DNA of 64,000 nt. Origin: Schmidtea polychroa (Eukaryota). Location: NCBI GenBank assembly GCA_044892525.1, contig CM097887.1, forward strand, positions 18,600,001 to 18,664,000, written 5' to 3'. A model generated the notes under the pieces. The model was not told the origin of the DNA. It did no database searches and worked only from the letters and a program-made list of their open reading frames with translations. Shown in pieces: positions 43,246 to 54,259 of the stretch (positions are counted from its first letter, which is position 1; each line of letters starts with the position of its first letter). Both the position numbers and the translations under genes were made by a program.

Positions 43246-45530
43246 GTCCTATTTTTAATAACATTAATCATAATAATCGTAATAAAAATTTCAATAATCT
43301 TAACTTAAGTATTCATAATAGTAATTTGGATAATTGTAATGATAACTTGAATAATCCTAACTTAAATACTCGTAATTGTAATTTAGATAATCATAATAAC
43401 AATTTAAATAACCATAATAATAAATTAAATAACCATAATAATAAATTAAATAACCATAATAAAAATTTGTATAATCATAATAATAAAAGGAACTTTGAGC
43501 AAGACAAAAATGACTATAAAGGCATTATAGACAGTTTCACAAATCCTACCCTGCAATATATGCCTATTGACAGAGGAGGTACAGACCCAAATCCGAATAA
43601 ACCCAGCTATAGAGATGCCCTCCTTCGAAGAAATGTATCATATAATAGACCCCCCTCGGGAAAGTCCTCTTTTATACCAAATAATAAGCCGATATCTAAT
43701 ACCCTCAAAGGCTTCGAACTTTATCCTACCTCATATAGCACTATCGCTGATGAAAATAATAAATCATTTAACAACACTAACTCAACCAAATATCTTGATA
43801 AACCAATTTATAATAACCAAACTGCCTTTTATAATGCTCCCAATAATACGCTCCCCTTGATTTCTAAAACAATTTCTATTAATTATAATAATAACCAAAA
43901 TCCTACGCAATATAATTTAAAAATAGACTCAAAAAATTACTCAAAAACAAATAATAATAATCTTATTTTTAACGATAATCAAATACATCAAAATTTAAAC
44001 TCTAATTCCAAATTCAATGAAATAAATAATAACAATGAAATTAATAATGATAAAATTACTCTAAAATGCTTTGAAAATTTAATTATTTTCATTAATAATA
44101 AATTAATCTTAAATATTGAAAGTAAAATAAACAAATATTTGTTTAAATTAAATCAATTTATTAAAATTTCAGAATTTAAAATGTCAGAAAAAAGTTTTTG
44201 CCCTCCTCCGGAGGGCAAAGCTATTGATAGAAGACGCAGCTCATCGGCCTGCGGCCGATTCGCTTACCTTGACACTACCCATAACAACCTAGACCATAAA
44301 AACCTTGACCATAACAACCTTGAACTATCCCTATGCATTGATGAGTTTAAAAATGGTGTTGTTTCTGTGTATCGCGTATAAATGGATTATTTTTTAATAA
44401 TAGCAGCAGGATCCTTGATACTGGTAATCATAATATTAATAATAACAATGAGAACAATGAGAACAATAATAATAATAGTAATAATAATAATTATAATAAT
44501 AAGTATAATAATAAGTATATTAATGATTATAATAATAATAATTATAATAATAATGAAAATAGTAACATCTCCTTATCTTATACCATACACCTCCTCGGGC
44601 AACCGACTTATTTAGAACGGACCCACCATACTCAACTGCCAATATTCAAAAATATAAAGAGGGCGAATGGACATGCCTTCATCAAAGGGCATTTGGCACA
44701 CCTGCCCATCAATCCAGCCGGACTGCGGAACACAAACACGACCCCAGCGACCTCAAACCAGTCAATCCAACCTGAAGATCGATGCTTATACCCACAACCC
44801 AATCAAGCCAACAATAGACAACAATCATCAATCATTCAATATAGCCGAATATCTATGCCTAAACCAATCACAACCAATCCAAACATGACCTCAATCCAAC
44901 CTGAATATAATTAAATCCGACCAGCATATACTTACCCCCAGAAGCCATAATCCAATCAAACCAACAATAGCCAACAATCAACAATCATCAATCACTCAAT
45001 CATTCAATATAGCCGAACATCTATGCTTAAGCCAGACACAACCAATCCAACCAGCCTATACTAACCCCCAGAAGCCACAACCTAACTCAACCAATCTTTT
45101 TGTCTTATGTGTGATTAACCATGACTGATCTCTACGGCAATCCGGACCAGTCAAGAGTCCACCCTATTCTCCTTTGTTGTCTTGCCTCATTCCCATATTT
45201 ATATTTAATTTTATTTAAAACATTTATAACCCTACCAACCTATACCTTACAACCTCTAGCTTCCAACTCTAGCTTCCAACTCTAGCTTCCAACTCTACCT
45301 TCCAACTCTACCTTCCAACTCTACCTTCCAACTCTACCTTCCAACTCTACCTTCCAACTCTACCTTCCAACTCTACCTTCCAACTCTACCTTCCAACCTA
45401 TACCTTCCAACCTATACCTTCCAACCTATACCTTACAACTCTACCTTCAAACCCTACTCTGAACTACAAAATCCCTCTATTATATCCTATATATAATAAT
45501 GTATGTCCATGCATAACCTTATCTATACCA
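43245..45530. other. A/C-rich low-complexity spacer inside the Gypsy element (Asn-rich read-through, (ATA)n, duplicated ~150-bp unit)
   Basis: AAT/CAT repeats at 43260-43490, ATAATA at 44400-44560, imperfect duplication at 44760-45100; very G-poor plus strand. Confidence 0.7.
45238..45452 (+). repeat. 13-14 bp minisatellite (CTCTACCTTCCAA), about 16 copies
   Basis: Directly visible, with variants CTCTAGCTTCCAA and CCTATACCTTCCAA. Confidence 0.95.
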
Positions 45531-45714
45531 AACATATTTTTATTATAGAATTGGAGCCCGTCTAAAGAAGCTCTAACCAATCAGATCTCCCGTTTAACGC
45601 TTGAGCATCTGCTCAGCATTCTCCAGATTACAGATTACAGCTTTAGATTTCGAGGGTCGAGAATCTCTCCCCTAATGCCCGATGGGCCTAACTATGTAGT
45701 ACAATAAAATTTGA

Positions 45715-47058
45715 TTTTTTTTTTTTTTTGATCAAGATAGCGTATTCTTGATTACTCAAATGGAAATAGAGAGATTGGAGGAAACTCAACAATTAAGCCA
45801 ACGACTAGGGTTGGAATTAGCGAAATCTCCACGAGATGGAGAAACTATAAAGGAAATACTTGACTGGATGTTAGTATTACGAATACCAGTAGATTTGTTG
45901 GAAGCAATAATTCCACTTCTACTACCAGTGGTAAAGGAAACAAGCCCATTCCAGACGCAAATTGAAGCACTGATGAGGAAAAATGGTAAAGCTATTCGAA
46001 GTCAGCCTGATAGACAAGGCAACATTAATCTAGACGTAAGAATGATGGGAAAAGAACCATTAACAATGATTTATAATTGTTATATCAAGGTTAAAATATT
46101 GAGGAGAGATGTAATTGCCACCGACCAAACTACAGGTATATTCCTGATAATGGTCCATGGCAGGCAAGTGGATGATGATGAATATCTAGTGGATGTGGGT
46201 TGTCTACCGTTGGCAACAACCACGGTAATGATCATCCCAGTAACTCCACCAGAGTCCCAGTGGTCATTAATGAGACTGCCAGATAAAGCAAACGAATTTG
46301 CGGAAGAGATTGAGGAAATAAGTCTAGAGGAAATTAATCCCTGTCAAATGGTGGACATTGACGAGGAAGATTACTTCTCAGAATACGTCAGATTAAATCC
46401 AGGAGAAACAAACGTAGGAGCTACTACGTCAGAAGCTATAACAAATCCGGAGACTGAAAAACCCCCGGAGAAAGTGAAAAAAGATGGACGAGGACGTCCC
46501 AGAAAGGATAAAATGAAACCTACACCCAAGGAGCAGTTAAATCCGGAAACGATTCGGAAAATTCAGCTAAAAACATTAGCAGGGATAGCTCAAGAAATGG
46601 ACGACCAGGCGGGAGATGAGACAACGCCAGAGAGGTCGTTATTGTGGCAACGTATACAACAAATAATCGGGATTATCAGGCCTGAATGGAGAATTCCAAA
46701 AATCAAGGGTATCGAAGTGAAAAAGATAACGAAGGAGGTCAAGAAGACAATGGACAGAGTATCCAAAGATGTATCAACAGGAGATATTCAGGATGCCATA
46801 GAAGCATTCGTACAGCAAGGATTACCAAGAGGGAAAGTGGTAACATCACTATCATTGTTAATTCAAAATGCCTTAGCCCGAGTAGGGGATGATAAAAGGC
46901 TTATAGAACGAGAAATCGATCAAATAGTCGAAATGGTAGATTATTACCTGGAGGTATGGATGACCGTAAACAAATTTTGGGAAAAGGAAACGATTCCAAA
47001 ACCACGATATGAAGTCGTGGAAGAAGCCATAGATAATGGTAGTTCAGGCACAGGAAAC
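45715..47058 (+). CDS. N-terminal cytosolic part of the env-containing ORF: helical domain, ubiquitin-like domain, acidic tract, AT-hook, Bcl-2-like region
   Basis: LIMVHGRQVDDDEYLVDVG (UBL-like); GRGRPRK (AT-hook); EAFVQQGLPRGKVV and EVWMTVNKFWE (BH1/BH2-like). Confidence 0.55.
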
Positions 47059-49535
47059 ATGACAAGCATGATCCTGATGTTCCTAGTAATGATGGGCATA
47101 TTAAAACAAACAAATTCATTAACAGTATTTGACTGTGGACATCCTAAACTATCTCGGGTATATTCGCTAGTAGATGCAATTGAGTGCAAAGAGGCGTATC
47201 CCGAGAAGGTTCATCAAGGGGAAAAGGTAGAATATTACGTCTACCAAGAGAGTGAATTTTATAGAACCACGATAAAGGAATGTAGAATCCAGAGAGCTAC
47301 ATTTGAATATTATTGCGGTAGTAATAGCTATTCTGCTTTTCTATCTGCAACATTAATACCAAGGCCGGTAAACATAATGCCCGAAGATTGCTTAGATGCA
47401 TTTCGAAAAGGAAGTGTGAGGATAGACAACGAGGTATCAATCTCAGCAGAAATTGGGAAAACATTGGGAATAACAATCACTCGAGGAGGAACAATTGCCT
47501 CAGATGGAACCTACGAAGGTAGAAAGAAAATTCGCGGCAGCAATTTAGTTTCCTATTTGGTAGACATAGAAGATTACTCAGTGGAGCTACGAGAATACGA
47601 GGGAATATTCGATGTGGCCACAGGAAAATTGATGGCACATCCGCAATGCAATGCCAAGTTCGGTAGTTGTAAAACGGGAACCACTACATTAATTTACGAA
47701 CAAATGAGAGATCATTGTGAGTTGGCTTTCCTCAAGAAAATTCCTTTTAGAAAATTAAATGGAACTAAATATCGGGACTCCCAAAATCCAGAAAAGGTTG
47801 TGGATAAAGCAAAAACGTTGAAGAAAATCAACAAACAAGAGAAGGAAGATATCGGAGAGGAAAACACACCTCTAGTGTTGATATCGGAAGACAAGACGGA
47901 CTAAAGACTAAATGTGGAAAAAGAGTATACGAGACGAACTACAAAGGAATCTTCCTGTCAAGAGAATATATTCGAAATTCCAAGGTCCTACACGTAAAGG
48001 ATATCAAAATCACAAATTATATAAATAATAAAGTAGATTATTTATATCATGGTCTGCAAAGAAAAATGCAAGATATGTATCAAGAGGTGATACTAAACGA
48101 TTGCAAGCTAAATCGTGAAATAGTCCGAAATAGATTAGCAATATCTATCGTTAACCCAGAGTTGGTTACTCCAATGTTATTGGAAGATGGAATGTTTGGC
48201 AGAATCATGGGAGAAGCTATATATAGCTACGAGTGTAAACCAGTGGAAGTACAATTAGCCAGATTTAATCAATCCACTCTAGAACTGCCAGTGTCTTACC
48301 AAGGAAAATTGAGATTTGTTATTTTTTTTTTTTTTTTTTCAAAACCCAAAATAGACTATATCACACAATAATGAGCAATTTGATCTATTGTGCCCATGAA
48401 GAATTCCGGTTGTCTTCATTCAATTTAATATCACCTACATCCCAACCATTAACATCTTCAAGTGGGCCAAGCTGCCCGATCATATCAGTGGAATAATTAC
48501 ATGTGGATATCTTTGCCGGAAAGAAAACCATCTACACAACGGGTAGAGACCTTGGAGGTAACTAAATTAAAAGATAATCTGGAATTCAAGTCATTAGACA
48601 AATTAGCAAAAGGAGGGATCTATACTCCCGACGATATCGAGGAAGCAAGAAGGACATCGCTATTCCCACAAATCAGAGACAGAAGTATCACGGAAATTAT
48701 AAGAACAATTTATCATGATGACTTAATACGACCTGATTACAATCTATTATTTGGACCGGAACACTACAAAGAAGCAGTAAAGAACGTAATGATGAAAATA
48801 TGGGGACGATTTACCAATTTTGGTATTTTCGTCGCCGGATGTTCAGGAATCTACGCAATATTTGTAATTTTAAAGTTGATAATTACACAACTGATGTCAA
48901 CATATAGCATATTCAAAATTGGGGGATGGTCATGGAAACTGCTATTAGGACTATGTCCTATGTGTGCAGAGTTTGCATTATTCAAACATCACAGAAAAGA
49001 AATTAAAGAAATTAGACAGAAACATTTGGTCAAACATGAAGTAATTGGAACAGAAATGGAGGAGTATTCGAGTTATCGGGACTATAACAATTCAAAGGGA
49101 GGAGGTAATGGAGGCTCTCGTGAAACATCTTCAAGATCAAATCAATCACGAAAACAGAACTACGACAAAAAACCGATTCAGCAACAAAGAAAATCGAGAT
49201 TTAAGGAATATCTTTCTCCATATGACCAATCAAAGGAAATCTACGTGAGAAATCAGTCCTCAGAAGGAGAATATGACAGTTCCGACCAAAAATTCGACAT
49301 AAGGTCACCCAGATTCAAGAGAAGTCCAAGATATGTACAATTGCCAACTTTGAGGAGTTTACCATCCGCACCAAACGAGGGGCGGGAACATTCAAGGGAA
49401 ACAACACTCAGAACAGGACGACACCAATGGAAAATCGGTGAAGATACCATATTTAATAATCTGACATGTTCAACATTGCCAAAACTACCTAAAGTACACT
49501 ATCCAAAGGAAGCGTTAGGGTCAATTAAAGCTTAA
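47059..49535 (+). pseudogene. env: Env-like class III fusion glycoprotein resembling chuvirus G, disrupted
   Basis: Internal signal MILMFLVMMGIL then LTVFDC..SLVDAIEC..KECRIQR..YYCG; after a frameshift at ~47905, YINNKVDY..MYQEVILNDC..NRLAI..GEAIYSYECKPVEV..LELPV; GGIYTPDD..FP; TM at 48818-48895. Cysteine/motif spacing matches chuvirus glycoproteins as recalled. Confidence 0.8.
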
Positions 49536-52500
49536 TTTAAAGAGTATAATCCTCAACTGAGTGATCCTGAATTACTGGAAGCAGAACAAACGAGAGCCAA
49601 TACAATCGGTATCTCGCACGATACTATCTTGATGGTCAATAACCCAGTGAATTTGGATAAAAAGCCAATGATAAAAATAAGAGTGAACCGGCATACAGTT
49701 AATGCGGTGATAGACTCAGGAGCAGATGGTACCATAATTGAAGCTAAATTGTTAAACCATCATGAACTGCAGTCGCTAAAACCAGCAGGAGTAAAATTAA
49801 CAGGAGCAAACGGATCCTCATTAAACGTAATAGGGTCATTATCATGCCAGATTAAGCTATGTGACCAGGAGCTCCATCACGACATCATAGTGATGAGAAG
49901 TCTCCCAGCCGTATGTCTATTGGGTATGGACATCCTAAAAAGACTACGAGGAGAAGTATTCGATTGTGCATCTGGATTGTTAATCCGAGCACGAGGTATA
50001 AAGAGAAAAAGTTACAATGATGATACACCTTATATTGATCATACAACTATCATACCACCCAGAGCAGAAACAGTATGCTTTGTAGCTACAAGCAATAATT
50101 GGGAAGGTGAAGTTGTATTTGAACCAGACGAAAGATTTTCGGAGAAATACAATATACCAGTTACGCATAGCGTAGGTTTAATAGTCAATGGCAGAATATC
50201 AATCAGGGTAGCCAATCTGGACATTAAACCACTTTACTTATATCCAGATACCAGAGTGGGCAGAATCTGGAAACAAAACGAACCACAAACCACGGGAGAA
50301 GGGTCGATACTCACCGTAAAGGCAGAAGAAAGAGATCCAGACATTGAGTACTACGATGCACCTACAGCAAATAGCAAAGTGCTAACCAGAAAGGAAAATA
50401 TTCAAGTAAATATGCTATTGAGGAAATACGACCAGGTATTCGCCAAACATGAATACGATCTGGGAAAAACAAACCTGTTAGAACATGAGATTGTTCTCAC
50501 CAATACAAAACCTATAAAGTTGAGACCATACCGTATTTCATTCAGTCTGGAGGAATCAGTAGATAGACAGGTGAAATTGATGTTAAAACACGGCATAATC
50601 AGGCATAGTAAATCACCATATCAATCACCAATGATAGTGGTGGCCAAGAAGGATGGATCAGTACGATTATGTAACGACTATCGCATGGTTAACGAAGCAA
50701 CATGCAAAGATAGCCATCCATTGCCATTGTTAGATTATATCTATGGACGCATGAGAAACGCTAGGTTCTTCCCAGTAATGGACGCCCAAAGGGATTTTAT
50801 CAAATTAAGTTAAAAGATAAGATTATACCAATAACAGCGTTCTCTACGAGTATGGGTCATTACGAATATAACGTAATGCCATTTGGACTCACAGGAGCTC
50901 CAGCCACATTTCAAAGAGCAATGAATTTGATGCTCATGGATGTACATCATGCGATGGTATACATTGACGACGTCATAGTATTCTCGCCAAATTTTGAAAA
51001 ACACTTGGAACATTTAGAAGATGTATTCAAGAGGTTGATCAACGCAAACATGAAAGTGAAACCAACCAAATGTAAATGGGCTGAACCAGAAGTGGTATAT
51101 GTTGGCCATATCATATCACGAGACGGAGTTAAACCCGATCCAGCTAATGTTGAAAAGGTAAAGAATTTCCCGGAGCCTAAAACCGTTAAACATATTAAAG
51201 GGTTTTTAGGCCTAGTTGGATATTAGAGAAAATTCATTAGAAACTTCTCGGTTATAGCCTTTCTACTCACGCAGTTAGAAGGCAAAAACGTCAAATTTGT
51301 GTGGGGAACAGAACAGCAGGAAGCATTTGATATGCTCAAAGAAAAACTCGTCAAGCCTCCTATATTGCGATTTCCAGACTTTGAAAGACAATTTTTGGTT
51401 ATGACAGATGCCAGCACTCGGGGCATAGGTGCTGTGCTAGGTCAGAGAGATGACCTAGGAGATGAGTATGCAATTGAATACGCTAGCAGAGGATTAAAAC
51501 CACACGAGAGAAACTACGCAGTGATAGAACTAGAGGCTTTAGCAATTGTGTATGCTATAACCCAGTTTAGGACTTATCTATGGGGTCGGAAGATCATAGT
51601 ATACACCGATCATAGACCATTACAGTGGCTGACAAAACACACAATGGATACTTCAAAACTAGTCAGATGGGCATTAATTTTACAGCCATATGACATAGAA
51701 ATCCATTATAGAAAAGAGATCATAATGGAAATGCAGACGCTTTATCGAGAATGGACCAGGAGGAAGAAGCAGAAGATGTGAAGGAAGGACGTCTCAAAGG
51801 GACTATCTTCACATTGACCAGAGAAGCCAACCGGCTAGCTGATTTAATGGAGGCACAAAAATCTGACGAAGAAATCAATGTTATTCGTCAAGCCTTAGAA
51901 GCAAAATACGTGCCCACAGAACTCACGAAATACTGGGAAAAGAATAAAGACAAGTTTGTGCTGGAGGAAGGATTAGTTAAATATTCAGATGTAAGAGATA
52001 ACGTTATAATGGTTCCTAAGAAATACCGTGAAGCACTCATATTGCAGTATCACGATGGAGCCTTAGGAGGCCACCTGTCATCTAGAAAACATTATAGAGG
52101 TTAAAACAAAATTATTATTGGCCTGGTATGAAACAAAATGTTAAAACCTGGTGTCAGACGTGTAAGATCTGTATCACCAGAAGAAACACCGGAAAGAAAC
52201 CACACGTGCCAATGAAGCCCATGCCAGTACCATCTACACCTATGGAGATGACGGAAATTGACGTGTTGGGGCCATTTAAAGAATCCAATAGCGGAAACAA
52301 GTACATATTAGTGTTCTGCGATTACTTGACTAAGTGGCCAGAAGCCTACCCGATGCCTAATCACAAAGCTGATACAATAGCTAAAATCTTTGTTGAACAA
52401 ATTGTCTTTAGGTATGGAGTACCTACAAAGTTATTAACAGATCGGGGAGCTGATTTCATGAGTAATTTGCTCAAAGGAATAAACGATTATTTCAGAGTTT

Positions 52501-53200
52501 TAAAGTTGAATACTTCCCCATATCACCCACAGATGGATGGGCTAGTAGAACGATTTAATGGAACATTAGCTAATATGTTAGCTTCATATGTAAATTCAGG
52601 GCAAACGGATTGGGACATCCACATCCCCTCCTGTTTATTTGCATACAGAAATGCAGTGCACGAGGGAACAGGTGAAACACCATTTTACCTAATGTATCTA
52701 AGGCAAAGTAAAATGCCAGTAGATCTGTTGTTTGCCCTAAAGCAACACAGTATTTAGATCAAGAAAATTATCTAATAGAAATGAGGGAAAGAATGCAGGA
52801 AGCATGGGCTAGAGCAGGTCTTAGTATAAAATATAATCAGGAAGCATCCAAAGATTATCATGACCGAAAAGCCAAAGATCATGGCATAATGGTTGGAGAC
52901 CAGGTGATGTTGGAAAGCCATTATAACAAGAAAGGCTTATCACCAAAACTCATGCGGAACTTCAAAGGGCCATATGAGGTATTGAGAACCACGGATACAA
53001 ATCTCATATTACAACTTGTAGCCAACAGAAAAGCAGAACCAATAATGGTACATGCTAATCTGTGTAAAAAGTGCGAAATCTCAACAAAAGGAACCTCTGA
53101 AAATTCAAAAGTAAAAACACCAGAGAAACATGTGAAACCAAACACTACCGAAGAACCACAAAAACACCGATACCTATTGAGATCACTGGGTGTTCCAAAA
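49536..53200 (+). pseudogene. pol: Pol (PR-RT-RNase H-IN), multiple lesions
   Basis: IDSGAD protease; MPFGLTGAPATFQR and YIDDVIV RT; TDASTRGIGAVL, ELEALA, TDHRPL RNase H; HDGALGGH..CQTC, IDVLGP, TDRGADF, GLVERFN integrase; GPYEV module. Confidence 0.97.
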
Positions 53201-53203
53201 TCG

Positions 53204-54133
53204 GTAACCTTTGTGTTGATAATAAGCTGTATGATGACTTTGGCAATGGCAAAAAGAGATAAAAAGGCATATTTTCAGCCTATGGCTATGCAAGTGGAAC
53301 ACTTACATTTTATAAGAACGTATCACGGAATTAGCATACTCACAACGTGCGATAATGCTACAAAATTCAATTTACATTTCTACAACAAGTACTTGCGGAT
53401 CCGCCAACTCAATTCAGAAGAAAAAGAGTAGGATTTAAATGATTTAAAAGCCGAGACGGATTATAAACTGCATATCGCAGCATCAAGGTTATATCAGAGT
53501 GGTTGGTATACCTATCACGTATCAAATTGGATCCTAAGGACGGCGGATTTCACAAATCGCATATCGATATCCTACGAAAGGGATAAAGTAAAGTTTAGTC
53601 AGCAAATTAACAGGGAGGAAAAGGTGAAAGTCTGTATTCTAGACGGACCAACCACGAGAGAAACATTATGGTTAGACCAGAACTCTCCCTCCCAAGAAAT
53701 GTATCTAAATCAGTCCGTAGATTACTCAGTTCTAGTTATATACTATAGTCCGAGGAAACGGCAGGACGATAGGTGGTTCGAGGTATTCGAGGAGATATTA
53801 CCTCTGAAACAGCCAGTTATAACGAAAACACCTCCAAAAGTAGTCAGGGAAAACATGGTGATACATCCCGCAATGTGGCAACATCTTAGTCAGTTGCCAC
53901 CTATCAAACAAATATCTTGCCAAACGCCCCCTAACCTGACAAACTGTTGTGATTGTAATGCCATCACGAACTTTAATGCAGGATACATTCTGAAAATACC
54001 CATAGGAGTATGGATTACGGTATCAGCCGTACTATCACTAGTAACTACACTGATAGCTATGGGTATTTGGACCAAGCTATATTTTAGACAAGCCATAAGG
54101 GTTTACGATCGAGTACTGATGTCGCAATTATGA
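53204..54133 (+). pseudogene. Second type I membrane protein continuing from the integrase C-terminus (signal, FN3-like ectodomain, TM); one in-frame stop
   Basis: VTFVLIISCMMTLAMA; single TAG at 53429; LNDLKAETDYKLHIAA and LNQSVDYSVLVI resemble FN3 strands; TM IGVWITVSAVLSLVTTLIAMGIW. Confidence 0.6.
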
Positions 54134-54259
54134 CAATTACAGACTCCCCTGAGGGAAAAATCATATATAAATATTTATATATATCTTAAAATCTATATTT
54201 ACGTAGAGCTCCAGGTAGCATTAAAATTCAGCATATGTAGATCTTTTATAATAAGACTC

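Noticed and set aside
42873-44381. 502-aa ORF as a single real protein
   Set aside because: Crosses a sharp compositional break at ~43245; the Asn-rich part is read-through of AAT/CAT low-complexity DNA.
44382-44615. Ile-rich ORF as a membrane protein
   Set aside because: Translation of (ATA)n simple repeats.
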